From NCBI GenBank assembly GCA_033764015.1, contig JANRJK010000046.1, positions 72,782 to 136,781 of the forward strand: a stretch of 64,000 nucleotides of DNA, read 5' to 3'. The notes under the pieces are model-generated. The model made no database searches and was not told the DNA's origin. It saw nothing but the letters and a program-made list of their open reading frames with translations. Shown in pieces: positions 27,862 through 38,600 of the stretch (its first letter is position 1; every line of letters starts with the position of its first letter). The position numbers and the translations under genes were made by a program. Source of the DNA: Candidatus Sumerlaeia bacterium. Its GTDB lineage: Bacteria > Sumerlaeota > Sumerlaeia > SLMS01 > JANRJK01.

Positions 27862-29625
27862 ATGGATTCCGCGACCCCCAGCCAGCCGCCCAGCCTTCCC
27901 CGGATCGAGGGCATCGAACTCGAACGGCTGATCGGGCGCGGCGGGATGGGCTCGGTCTACCTCGGCCGCCAGCCGTACCTCGAGCGCCGCGTCGCGGTGA
28001 AGATCGTGTCCGTCCAGGGCATGTCCAACCAGGACAATTACGTCGAGCGCTTCCGCCGCGAGGCGCGTTCGCTCGCCGCGCTCGCGCACCCGAACATCGT
28101 CGCCTGCTACCAGGCCGGCACCACCGCGGCGGGGGAGCCCTACCTCGCGATGGAGTACGTCGACGGACCCACGCTCCACGACTTCCTGCGGGGCAGCGGC
28201 CCCCTCGATCCGTCCAAGGCGCTCGCCATCGTGCGCGCCACCGCCGACGCGCTGCGCTACGCCCTCGATAACGGCATCATCCACCGCGACATCAAGCCGG
28301 AGAACATCCTCCTCCAGAAGCGCGAACGCGCGCCGGAGGACGACCCCTTCCCCTACACGCCGCGCCTCGTCGACCTCGGCCTCGCCCGCGTGGTCCGCGA
28401 GGACGACATGGACACCAAGCTCACCGCCGACGGCATGGTGCTCGGCACGCCCCCCATGATGGCCCCGGAGCAGTTCGACGCGCCGGAGAAGGTCGACTTC
28501 CGCGCCGACATCTACGCCCTCGGCTGCGTCCTCCACCACCTCCTCACCGGCAAGCGCGCCTTCCCCGAAGCCAAGGTGATGGACGTCATCAAGCGCAAGA
28601 TGTCGGGCGACGTCCCGGACCCGCGGGCGATCCGCGCCGACCTCCCGGACCCCCTCGCGGAGCTGTGCCGCAAGATGATGGCCGCGCAGCCCCACCGCCG
28701 CCACGCCTCCTACCAGGAGCTCCTCGCCGAGATCGACGGCCTGCGCTCGACGCTCGGCATGTCCTCGGACGCGCTGCGCATCGGGGGAACCGCGACGCCT
28801 GCCACCGCCCGCGGAACCACCCCGGTGGACCTGGACCGCCAACCGCGCGGCGGCGGCACCATGATGCCCGCCGCCACCATCGGCGGCGGCCTCCTCCTCG
28901 TCGCCATCATCGTCCTCGTGATGATCAAGGACGGCGGCGATGGCGGCACGGACACCGCCATCCGCACCACGCCCCCGCCGGCGCCCACCACCGCACCAAC
29001 CCCGCAACCCACGGCCACACCCGCGGCCACCGCCACGCCCCGCCCCGCCGCAATCTTCCCCGACGACGGCCAGCCCCTCATCGGCGGCACGATCGAGAAC
29101 TCCAAGACCGGCTGGATCATGGAGTCGGGCCTTGGCTTCTGGGACGCCGCGCAGGACTTCGAGTCCGGCATCGTCGGCGCGGGAACCAGCCACATCGCGC
29201 GCCCCCTCGCCGCGGACTACCCCGGCGACGCGCACCGCCTCGACGGCTCGATCCAACTCCTACCGGGCGCCAAGGAAGGCGGCGTGCTCCTCCATATCGA
29301 GGGAGGCATGTGGTACGGCGTCGCGTTCCAAGCGCTCGACGAAACCACACTCACCGTCAGCACGGTCGGATTCGACGCGGACGCGGAGGACTGGATCGCG
29401 ACGCGCAGGGTGCTCGACAGCCGGGTGATCGAACCCGGAGCCGGCGGGCCCACCGGCTTCTCGCTGCTGCGCGACGGCGCGGCGCTCACCGTGGCGGTGC
29501 ACGGCGAGACCTTCGCGCCGATCCCGGTCGAGGGAGGGGCGACCGAGGCCGCGGTCCTCTACTCGAACTCGAACACCGGGCCCGTCTGGTTCCCGGAACT
29601 TCAGGTGGCGGTGCCGGTGCGCTGA
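27862..29625 (+). CDS. Ser/Thr protein kinase with TM segment and extracytoplasmic C-terminal domain
   Basis: Gly loop IGRGGMGSVY, VAVK, catalytic HRDIKPENIL and DLGLA. A Pro/Thr-rich linker leads to a TM segment (LLLVAIIVLVMI), then about 230 aa. Confidence 0.8.
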   Translation: MDSATPSQPPSLPRIEGIELERLIGRGGMGSVYLGRQPYLERRVAVKIVSVQGMSNQDNYVERFRREARSLAALAHPNIVACYQAGTTAAGEPYLAMEYVDGPTLHDFLRGSGPLDPSKALAIVRATADALRYALDNGIIHRDIKPENILLQKRERAPEDDPFPYTPRLVDLGLARVVREDDMDTKLTADGMVLGTPPMMAPEQFDAPEKVDFRADIYALGCVLHHLLTGKRAFPEAKVMDVIKRKMSGDVPDPRAIRADLPDPLAELCRKMMAAQPHRRHASYQELLAEIDGLRSTLGMSSDALRIGGTATPATARGTTPVDLDRQPRGGGTMMPAATIGGGLLLVAIIVLVMIKDGGDGGTDTAIRTTPPPAPTTAPTPQPTATPAATATPRPAAIFPDDGQPLIGGTIENSKTGWIMESGLGFWDAAQDFESGIVGAGTSHIARPLAADYPGDAHRLDGSIQLLPGAKEGGVLLHIEGGMWYGVAFQALDETTLTVSTVGFDADAEDWIATRRVLDSRVIEPGAGGPTGFSLLRDGAALTVAVHGETFAPIPVEGGATEAAVLYSNSNTGPVWFPELQVAVPVR

Positions 29626-29691
29626 CGCCGCGTTGAAGGCGCCGCGCCCCGCGAGCGTATCCCCGGGCAATCCCCCCGAGGACACGTCCCC

Positions 29692-31032
29692 ATGACCCGC
29701 CGCCTCCGCATCGCACTGCTTCTCGCCGCCGCGCTCCCCGCCTTCACCGCCGCGGGCGAACTCGCCCGCAGGCCCTACGCCGGCATCGCCGTGGGTCCCT
29801 CCCCGGACGGCGCCAACATCGCTGTAAGCGGCGTCGTCCCGGACGGACCCTCCGCCAAGTCCGGCATCCAGGTCGGCGACATCATCATCGAGGTCGACAA
29901 CGACCTGATCGAAACGCCGCAGGACTTCACCAAGACGGTGCGCTCCCTCGATGCAGGCGCCGCCTACCCCGCCAAGATCCGCCGTGGCGGCGAGGAGCTG
30001 GAGATCCAGTGGACCTTCGGCGCGCTCCCCTACGAGTCCTACGAAGGGCGCGAAACGGTCTACACTTCGGTCGAATCCCCCACCGGCACGCACCGCAGCA
30101 TCCTCGTCAAGCCCGCCGGCGACGGCCCCTTCCCCGTTGTCTTCTTCATCCAGGGCCTTTCCTGCGCGACCGTCGAGGCTCCCATGGGGGGCGACAACCC
30201 CTACGCCCGCTTCGTGGACCAGATCACGGGCCTCGGCTACGCCGTCTACCGCGTCGAGAAGAGCGGCATCGGCGACAGCGTCGGCACGCCGTGCGAGGAG
30301 ATCGGCTTCGAGCAGGAGCTCGCCGGCTACCGCGCGGGCTACGAGCAGCTCCGCGCGATGGACGGGGTCGACCCCCAGCGGATCTACCTCATGGGCCACA
30401 GCATGGGGGGCTTCTTCGCGCCGCGCCTCGCGGCCGAGGTCCCCGTCGCCGGCGTCGCCGCCTACGGCACCGGCATGCAGAACTGGGTCGAATACGTGAT
30501 CCGCATCAACCGCGACCAGTCCGCCCTCGCCGGCGCCGCGCGCGCGGATGTCGAGGACGCGGTCCGCCTCGCCGTTCGCTTCCAGACCCTGCTCTGCGTC
30601 GACAAGCTCACGATCCCCGAGATCCTCGAACGCCACCCGGAGATCGAGGAGTACGTCCGGGGAAACTCGCCGGACGGGCGCACCATGTATAGCCGCTCCG
30701 CCGAATTCTTCCACGAGCTCTACGACCAGGAGATGGCCCGCGTCTGGGCGCAGGTCGAGGCCCCCGTCGCCGCCATGTGGGGCGAGGCCGACTTCGTCTC
30801 CTACCGCGACGAGCACGAGGCCATCGCCGCGGTCGTCAACGAGGCGCGCCCCGGCAACGGCACCTTCTTGATGGTTCCCGGCGCCGACCACGGGTTCCGC
30901 GCGGCATCGAGCTTCCGCCAGTCCATGGAGCAGAGCATGGCGCTGCCCTTCTCCGAGGACGTGGTCCGCTCGCTCGTCGCCTGGATCGAAGGGCTCGGGA
31001 AGCAGGATGCCGCCGCCTCCCGCCCCCGCTAA
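29692..31032 (+). CDS. Secreted PDZ-domain alpha/beta hydrolase (peptidase/esterase-like)
   Basis: There is a signal peptide, a PDZ-like segment (GVVPDGPSAKSGIQVGDIIIEVDN) and a hydrolase core with a GHSMGG nucleophile elbow. Confidence 0.65.
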   Translation: MTRRLRIALLLAAALPAFTAAGELARRPYAGIAVGPSPDGANIAVSGVVPDGPSAKSGIQVGDIIIEVDNDLIETPQDFTKTVRSLDAGAAYPAKIRRGGEELEIQWTFGALPYESYEGRETVYTSVESPTGTHRSILVKPAGDGPFPVVFFIQGLSCATVEAPMGGDNPYARFVDQITGLGYAVYRVEKSGIGDSVGTPCEEIGFEQELAGYRAGYEQLRAMDGVDPQRIYLMGHSMGGFFAPRLAAEVPVAGVAAYGTGMQNWVEYVIRINRDQSALAGAARADVEDAVRLAVRFQTLLCVDKLTIPEILERHPEIEEYVRGNSPDGRTMYSRSAEFFHELYDQEMARVWAQVEAPVAAMWGEADFVSYRDEHEAIAAVVNEARPGNGTFLMVPGADHGFRAASSFRQSMEQSMALPFSEDVVRSLVAWIEGLGKQDAAASRPR

Positions 31033-31151
31033 CGGCCGTCGGATTCGCCCGGACGCGCATTGACTTTGTGGTTGCCGAGCGCATCACGGCGCGTCCATGC
31101 TCCGGCAACTGAATCGGTGGTACTAGCCATCCGAATCGAGGAGAACCAGCA

Positions 31152-32057
31152 ATGTCCACAGTTCGCTACGCCGCCGCGCTTGCCGCCGCGACGCTTATGG
31201 CTTCGGCGCTGCCCGCCCAGATCCTCTTCCAGACGGGCTTCGAGGCGATCGACCGGGATGGCCGCTACACCACGGGCAACCTCAACGGACAGCCCACGCA
31301 GAACCCGGACGGCACGACCAACGTGTCCGGCCCCTTCTGGACCACGCAGGCCGGCGACGCGGTCGTCGAGGCCGACGGCCCCACCCGCGTCGTGCGGATG
31401 AGCAACGGCGCCCGCGTGGACCGCTCGCTCGCCAACCTCTCGGTTCCGGCGGGCCGCAAGGTCTTCGTCGAGGGCTTCTTCCGCGGCGCCGGCAGCGGCG
31501 TCACGCTCGCCAACGCCAACTACCCGACGGTTTCCGGCGGCGGCGCGGCGACCTCCGCGATCATCCACTTCTCTTCCGCCAACGGCATGGAAGCCCTTGA
31601 TGGCGACGGCTCCGGCGCCGGCACCGTCACCTCGCTCTCCCAGCCCCTCGGCACCCCGAACCAGGACACCTACTTCCGCATCACCCTCGAGCTCGACTAC
31701 ACCGCGCAGACGTACAACGTCTACGTGGACGGCGTGAAGAAGAACTCCTCCGCGCTCGGCTTCCGCGACAACGTCACGTCGCTCTCCGGCACGCAGTGGC
31801 TCGCCGAGACCGAGCTCCGCGCGGACCGCTTCCGCGTCGCGCTCCCGCTCACCGGCGACGCCAACGGCGACAACCAGGCCGACTCCGGCGACATCGTCGC
31901 CGCCATGAACTACATGTCCTACGATCCCGACACCTACGACCCGGTCCTGGTCCGCAACGTCGCCTTTCAGGGCGCGCAGGACGGCGGCCGCCTCGTGGTT
32001 TCGACTAACGACATCGTCGGGCTCGCCGACCTGATCACCGCCAACTTCCCCCCGTGA
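31152..32057 (+). CDS. Secreted hypothetical protein with C-terminal dockerin-like Asp-rich motif
   Basis: There is a signal peptide and a TGDANGDNQADSGDIV calcium-binding-like motif. Confidence 0.45.
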   Translation: MSTVRYAAALAAATLMASALPAQILFQTGFEAIDRDGRYTTGNLNGQPTQNPDGTTNVSGPFWTTQAGDAVVEADGPTRVVRMSNGARVDRSLANLSVPAGRKVFVEGFFRGAGSGVTLANANYPTVSGGGAATSAIIHFSSANGMEALDGDGSGAGTVTSLSQPLGTPNQDTYFRITLELDYTAQTYNVYVDGVKKNSSALGFRDNVTSLSGTQWLAETELRADRFRVALPLTGDANGDNQADSGDIVAAMNYMSYDPDTYDPVLVRNVAFQGAQDGGRLVVSTNDIVGLADLITANFPP

Positions 32058-32151
32058 GGGCCGCCGTCCCCGCGGGGACGGGTCTACGGCAAACGGACCG
32101 GGCCCCTGCGAAGGGGCCCGGTTCCATTCCCACCCACCTGCCGCCCGCCGC

Positions 32152-32904
32152 TCAGCCTGTCCGGCGCCAATCCGCGTCGCGCTCCCGGCGCAGGAACTCG
32201 ACCACGTGCGGATCCTTGCTGGCGGCGAACTCCGTCGGGGTGCCGCTCGCCACGATGCGCCCCTGGTGGAGCAGATTCAGCCGCGAGCCGAGCCGCATCG
32301 CGCTCACCAGGTCGTGCGTCACGAGCACGCAGGTGCTCCCCACCTCGCGGTTCACCTTCATCACGATGTCGTCCACCTTCGCCGCCGTCGGGGGATCGAG
32401 CCCCGCCGTCGGCTCGTCCAGCAGGAGGCACTCGTTGTGCTGCGTCAGCGCCCGCGCGATCGCCGCGCGCTTGCGCTGCCCGCCGGAGAGCGTCGACGGC
32501 TCCTGCTCCTCGCGCCCTTCCAGGCCCACCGCCTTGAGCTGCTCGCGCACCGAGGCGCGGATCTCCGGATAGCCCTTGCCGCTCAACTCGACCAGGCCCA
32601 GCGCCACGTTCTCGCCCACGGTCAGCGACTGCAGCAGTCCGCCGCTCTGGAAGATCACGCCGAAGCGCTGCCGGTGCGGCACCAGCGCGTCCTCGTCGAG
32701 GCCCGTGATCTCCTCGCCGTCCAGCTTGATCGATCCCTCGTCCGGCTTCAGCAGCCCGAGGATCAGCTTCAGCAGCACTGACTTTCCCGAGCCCGAACCG
32801 CCCAGGATCACGGAGATTTCCCCCGCGGGGACGTCGAGGTCCACCCCGCGCAGCACGTCGAGGTCGCCGAAGGAAAGATGGAGGCCGCGGATCGCGATGT
32901 TCAT
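32152..32904 (-). CDS. ABC transporter ATP-binding protein (MlaF/Ttg2A-like)
   Basis: Walker A GGSGSGKS, LSGGQRKRAAIARAL, Walker B LLLDEPTAGLD. No permease gene is adjacent. Confidence 0.75.
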   Translation of the reverse strand: MNIAIRGLHLSFGDLDVLRGVDLDVPAGEISVILGGSGSGKSVLLKLILGLLKPDEGSIKLDGEEITGLDEDALVPHRQRFGVIFQSGGLLQSLTVGENVALGLVELSGKGYPEIRASVREQLKAVGLEGREEQEPSTLSGGQRKRAAIARALTQHNECLLLDEPTAGLDPPTAAKVDDIVMKVNREVGSTCVLVTHDLVSAMRLGSRLNLLHQGRIVASGTPTEFAASKDPHVVEFLRRERDADWRRTG

Positions 32905-33020
32905 GCGCAAAGTCCATCCGCGCGCGGCGAGCGGCGCAAGGTCCGGCTGCGTTTGACCCGCGCCCGCGGCGGCGCGAACATCCCTATCGCGCAACCCCCG
33001 CGGAACCCGGAGCCCCGACG

Positions 33021-33647
33021 ATGCCAGTCCATATCGTGAACCACCCGCTCATCACCCACAAGATCTCCGTGATCCGCGACAAGCGCCTCGGCACGCGCGA
33101 CTTCCGCACCATCGTCTCCGAGATCACGCTGCTCCTCACCTACGAGGCCACGCGCGACTTCCCCCTCAAGGAGGTCGAAATCGAGACGCCGGTCTGCACC
33201 ACGCGCGCCCGGGTGCTCCCCGACGAGGGACGCGTGTTCCTGATCCCGATCCTGCGCGCCGGCCTCGGCATGGTGCCCGGCATGCTCGACATCTTCCCGC
33301 TCGGCAAGGTCGCCCACATCGGCCTGCGGCGGAACGAGCGGACCGCGCTCCCCGAGACGTACTACTACAACCTCCCGGAGGGCATCGAAGGCGCCACCGC
33401 CATCATCGTCGACCCGATGCTCGCCACCGCAGGCAGCCTCAGCGCCGCCATCTCGCTCGTGAAGAAGAACCGCCCCCGCGTGATCCGCGCCATCTGCCTG
33501 ATCGCCGCCCCCGAGGGCCGCGAGCGCATCGAGCGCGACCACCCCGACGTCGACGTCTACGTCGCCGCCATGGACGAGCGCCTCGACGAGCGCAAGTACA
33601 TCGTCCCCGGCCTCGGCGACGCCGGCGACCGCATGTTCGGCACCTGA
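33021..33647 (+). CDS. upp: Uracil phosphoribosyltransferase
   Basis: 208 aa. The PRPP-binding region IIVDPMLATAGS and the Upp N-terminus PLITHKISVIRD are present. Confidence 0.85.
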   Translation: MPVHIVNHPLITHKISVIRDKRLGTRDFRTIVSEITLLLTYEATRDFPLKEVEIETPVCTTRARVLPDEGRVFLIPILRAGLGMVPGMLDIFPLGKVAHIGLRRNERTALPETYYYNLPEGIEGATAIIVDPMLATAGSLSAAISLVKKNRPRVIRAICLIAAPEGRERIERDHPDVDVYVAAMDERLDERKYIVPGLGDAGDRMFGT

Positions 33648-33661
33648 TCGCCGCGCGCACC

Positions 33662-34474
33662 TTGGCGGACACACCGTCCACACCGGCGCCCGGACACGCC
33701 GCGTCGCTCAGCGCGCGCGGCGTCCGCCTCGCCTTCCCCAACGGCACGCTCGCGCTCGACGCCCTCCACATCGACGTGGCCCCGCACGAGTTCGTCGCCG
33801 TCGTCGGCCCCTCCGGCTGCGGCAAGAGCACCTTCCTGCGCCTCGCCGCGGGCCTCCTCGAACCCACCGCCGGCGAAATCCTCGTCTCCGGCGAGCCGCC
33901 GCGCCGCGCGCGAGAAACCAAGCGCGACATCGCCTTCGTCTTCCAGTCCCCCACGCTGCTCCCCTGGCGCACCGTCGAGCAGAACGTCCGCCTCCCGCTC
34001 GAGCTGGGCCCGCGGCGCCGCGGAGCCGCCGCGGAATCCGTCGCCGACACCCTCGCGCTGGTGGGCCTCGCGGACTTCGCCGGCGCGTACCCGCGCGAGC
34101 TGAGCGGCGGCATGAAGATGCGCGCCTCGCTCGCCCGCGCGCTCGCCACGCGCCCCGACCTCATGCTCCTCGACGAGCCCTTCGCCGCGCTGGACGACCT
34201 CACCCGGCTCCAGCTCCAGGAGGACCTGCTGCGACTGCGCGCGCGCGACCGCTGGACCGCGGCGCTCGTGACGCACAACGTTTCGGAGGCCGTCTTCCTC
34301 GCGGACCGCGTGCTGGTGATGTCCGGGCGCCCCGGGCGCGTGGCCGCGGAGCTGCCGGTGCCCTTCGCGCACCCGCGCGGCGCGGAGCTGCGCGCCGACG
34401 GCGCCTTCGCGCGGCTGGCGGGCGACGTCTCGCGGGCGTTGCGCGAGGCGACCAATAAAAAACTTGATGAATAA
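33662..34474 (+). CDS. ABC transporter ATP-binding protein (NitT/TauT-like)
   Basis: Walker A GPSGCGKST, LSGGMKMRASLARAL, Walker B LLDEPFAALD. No permease or binding protein is adjacent. Confidence 0.75.
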   Translation: MADTPSTPAPGHAASLSARGVRLAFPNGTLALDALHIDVAPHEFVAVVGPSGCGKSTFLRLAAGLLEPTAGEILVSGEPPRRARETKRDIAFVFQSPTLLPWRTVEQNVRLPLELGPRRRGAAAESVADTLALVGLADFAGAYPRELSGGMKMRASLARALATRPDLMLLDEPFAALDDLTRLQLQEDLLRLRARDRWTAALVTHNVSEAVFLADRVLVMSGRPGRVAAELPVPFAHPRGAELRADGAFARLAGDVSRALREATNKKLDE

Positions 34475-34747
34475 TTCTGCCTTGACGGTGGGAGCGGGTA
34501 GATTCATACCTTTCATGTTCCTCCGGGATGGCAGCGCGCCGCCGGAGGACGGATCGGCGGCAGCCCCCGCGGCACCCTCTCCCGACCCCCGTGGCGATAA
34601 AAAATGTCCGAGAAATTCGGCGCCCCGGAAGGCCGACTTGGCGATGGAAGTTCCCGGTGGGAAGAAAAATTCCGCTTCCCCCTTGACTAGGGCGGGCCGT
34701 CCTGCTCCGATCCGGCGTTACATCCCCTCTCTACGGAGATCGAGCTG

Positions 34748-35437
34748 ATGATTCAGCGCAACCCCATCGCGAAGACCCACGGCTTCACGCTCATCGAGCT
34801 GCTGATCGTCGTGGCCATCATCGCCATCCTGGCGGCCATCGCCGTCCCGAACTTCCTCGCGGCCCAGACCCGCTCGAAGGTGAGCCGCGTGCTCTCCGAC
34901 CTGCGCACGCTCCGCACCGCCGTCGAGTCGTACGCCGTCGACAACAACGTCGTCCCCCGCATGACCTGGGGCTGCCGCTGGGTGCAGGACCAGTCGTCGA
35001 CTGGCTCGCAGCTCTTCGGCACCCTCCCGAACGACATCACGTCGCCGATCCAGTACATCAGCTCGCAGCCCTTCGACCCGTTCGCCGCGAACACCAGCGC
35101 CAGCGAAGACGCCAAGGTGTACACCTACCAGGCGCCGGACACCCACCTGTTCCTGTTCAACTCCGGCGGCGCCTGCCCGGTTCCCGGCATGGCGGGTTAC
35201 GTCTATCTGCCCGGCAACGCCAGCCAGGTGCGCAACATGCGCGCGGACTTCGGCAAGTACGCCCTTTGGTCCATCGGCCCCGCGGGCCCGGACCAGTTCG
35301 ACTCGGTCGCCAGCGGCGGCCTCGACACCCCCTTCTGGATGCAGTACGATCCGACCAACGGCACGGTCAGCGGCGGCGCGATCTTCGTGACCCAGAAGAC
35401 CAGCCAGCCCGAGTATTTCAACCCGACCCGCTACTAA
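34748..35437 (+). CDS. Prepilin-type N-terminal cleavage/methylation domain protein (pseudopilin / type IV pilin-like)
   Basis: GFTLIELLIVVAIIAILAAIAVPNF is a class III signal peptide. The protein is about 229 aa. It is preceded by an AT-richer 260-bp upstream region. Confidence 0.75.
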   Translation: MIQRNPIAKTHGFTLIELLIVVAIIAILAAIAVPNFLAAQTRSKVSRVLSDLRTLRTAVESYAVDNNVVPRMTWGCRWVQDQSSTGSQLFGTLPNDITSPIQYISSQPFDPFAANTSASEDAKVYTYQAPDTHLFLFNSGGACPVPGMAGYVYLPGNASQVRNMRADFGKYALWSIGPAGPDQFDSVASGGLDTPFWMQYDPTNGTVSGGAIFVTQKTSQPEYFNPTRY

Positions 35438-35512
35438 CCATCGGGGTGCGCCATCTGGATCTCCGGGTTTGTCCGCCCCCGCCAGCGCGCGGGGGCGGAT
35501 GAACGGCAAACC

Positions 35513-35541
35513 AGCTTGACAGCAATCGAACCCCGCGCCAA
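35513..35541 (+). promoter_or_regulatory. Candidate sigma-70 promoter upstream of the PD40 giant protein gene
   Basis: TTGACA, a 17-nt spacer, then CAACAT, about 60 nt upstream of the GGAG Shine-Dalgarno and ATG at 35602. The -10 hexamer is weak. Confidence 0.25.
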
Positions 35542-35601
35542 CATCCTTTCCACGCCTCTGGCCACCTCCGACAACCCACCCTCCTCCAGGAGATACAGGG
35601 A

Positions 35602-38600
35602 ATGAAGATGAAGACCTCTTTGAGAATCCTCGGCACCGCCGCCTTCGCGGCGTTGCTCGCGGGTGGCGCCTCCGCCGCCAACGACTTCCGCACCGCAGGA
35701 CAGTACGCAGCCCCTTGGGCGATGGTGCCGCGCAGCGAGATCGTCAACGAGCGCGCCCTGCTCGATCTCGATCCGGACTGGCAGCCCTATGTCCGCCCGG
35801 CCACCGCGGCCCAGCGCGCCGCCGCGAACCAGAATCTGGTTCTGAATGGCGTGTTCACGGAGAAGGAGCGCCAGCGCCTCCTCAACCTTTCGCGCGGTTC
35901 GAACCTCGCGCCGCTTGATCGCCTCGACATCACCTTCGTCACCGGCGAGTCCGCCGCGGACCTCGGCATCAGCAACGCGCCGGCGATCCGCACCGCGGCC
36001 ACCCCGGACGGCCGCTTCGTCGCGTTCACGTCGCTCGCCACCAACCTCACCGCCGACGACACGAACGGCGCGCCCCAGGTGTACCGCTACGACCGCCAGA
36101 CCGGCACGGTGATCATGGTCTCGAAGACCGGCACCGGCGCCGGCGACAACGGCTCCGGCATGGTGACTTTCACAGGCGGCAACCCGCTCACCCATGACAT
36201 GTGGGCCCTCGGCATCAGCGACGACGGCACGAAGATCTCCTTCACGTCCGAGGCGACCAACCTTGTCGCCGGCGACACGAACGGCGTCACCGACGTCTTC
36301 CTCTGGAACTTCAATGGCGGCACGCCCACGGTTTCCCGCATGAGCGTGGACGCCGCCGGCGCCGAACTCGTCGGCGCCTCCTACGACGGCGTCGTCTCGG
36401 GCGACGGCAACCACATCGCCTTCTTCTCGCAGGACGCCTTCGGGCGCACGGGCGGCGACCTCCGCGCCGCGAACGCGGTCGACGTCAATGGCGACCCGGT
36501 CCAGCCCGCCGCTGGCACCACCCTGACCGCGGCGACGGTGTCGCAGGACATCTTCTACCGCACGGTCGCGAGCGCCGCCTCGCTCACGCTCGTCACGCAC
36601 GCCACGGGCGCGAACAACACCGAGGCGAACTCCGACAGCTACCACCTCTCCATCTCCGGTGACGGCTCGAAGCTCGCCTACGTGTCCCGCGCGACGAACC
36701 TGACCGCCGACGTCCTCCCGGCGCCCTTCACAACGACGGGCAGCACGAACCGCTACCCGCGCTCCAACGCCTTCATCTGGGAGCGGTCCAGCAACACCAA
36801 CTACCTGCTCAGCGTGTCCAACACCGGCGCCATCCCGGCCGCGACGAGCACCTCGGACGACTGCCTGTTCCCGCACATCACCCGCAACGGCAATTGGGTC
36901 GCCTTCCAGACCGGCAAGGCGCTCACGCCGTCGATCACCGCTACGGGCAGCACGAACGGCGTCCGCGCCGTTGTCCGCAATGTCGCCACGCTCCCGCCGA
37001 CCGCCGCCGCCATCCGCCGCGCCAACGTCAACGAGACGTCGACGCTCGGCTTCAGCCTCGGCCGCCTCGACGCGGGCCCGGTGACGGTCTCGGAAGACGG
37101 CCGCGTGGTCGCCTTCTGGTCGTACCACGTGACTGACACCAACTCGAACATCTTCTACGCCAACCCGGTTCCGGTCGTGAAGGTGTTCGACACCACCACC
37201 GCCTCGACGTCGACCGCCGACCAGTCCGGCCAGATCTACGAGCTCACGGACGACTCCGGCGACTCCTTCTTCGACTTCGACATCCTCTCGTCGCTCACCA
37301 AGTTCGGCGACGGCTTCTGGGACGGCCCGCAGAACCGCATCGAGGTTGGCACTTCCGGCGCCGACACGATCCTCACGTTCATCCACGCCGCCCCCAACTG
37401 GACCGGCCCGACGCGCGGCATCCAGCAGGTGTACCAGGCCACGATCCCGACCGCCTCGACGACCGGCACGCCGACCGCCGTGGCGCTTGTGTCGGAGCAC
37501 TCGACCTCCGCACCCACCGGCGCCGACTCCCTCGGTATCCCAACGGACCCGCACGAGCACTTCGCGGTGAACATCCGCCCGGCCGTTTCGCCGAACGGAC
37601 GCTACATCGCCTTCCCGATGAAGGGCGCCGACGCCATCTTCAACCTTGGCATCTCGAACGACGCTGCTCACGTCCTCGTCGAAGGCGGCGTGTACATCGC
37701 GCTCGCCGATCTCCAGACCAACTCCCTCAGGTTCGTCTCCGTGGACGCCAAGACGGATGACGCGGCCGACTACCAGGTCGGTGGCTCCTCGTTCGGCTTC
37801 ACCGCCGCCTCGACGGACTTCTTCACCGACGGCGTGCTCCGCCTCGAGGGCCAGTTCCTTTCGCGCACGGTTTTCCTGGACTCCTGGGCGGTGTCGGTTT
37901 CCGACACGGGCCGCGTGGCGTTCATGACCATCGACGACGTTTACGGCCCCGAAGAGGCGAACACCGACCTTCAGAACGTCGCGGGCAATCGCGCGCTGAT
38001 GTTCACCGGCCCGAACGGCGTCGGCGCCTTCGCCGCGCTCAACGCCTCCGGCCAGGTGCACCAGAACGACGGCGGCGGCATCTTCTTCAACGACGCCACT
38101 TACATCACGCCCGACGGCCGCTACATCGGCTTCACCTCGCCCAACAACAACGTTCATCCGCTCTCTTCGCCCTCCGGCGCGGTCCAGACCGCGTACATCT
38201 ACGACACGGTCACCGGCGTGACGCGTCTTGTGTCGAACAAGCGCAACACCTCGAACGGCAACGCGGACGGCCTCCCCATCGGCTCGACCATCATGGTCGG
38301 CCTTTCGGACACGGGCCAGCGCGCTCTGTTCGGCTCGCTTGCGGATGTCACCGGCGGCAATGCCGACGACATTCTCAACCCCGGTGGCGACTCCGCGGAC
38401 ATCGGCCAGCTCTACATCTTCGACGACCTCACCGATGGCGTTCCGAACGACGGCGTCGGCCAGGTTTACCTGGTCTCGTCGACGGCGGCGGGCGTGAAGG
38501 CGGCTGACGCCGACGCTCCGGCCCCCGACTTCAACCTGACCTTCGCCAACTTCGCGACGCTCACCGGCGACGGCCTCTCGATCCTCCTCGAGGGCGAGGC

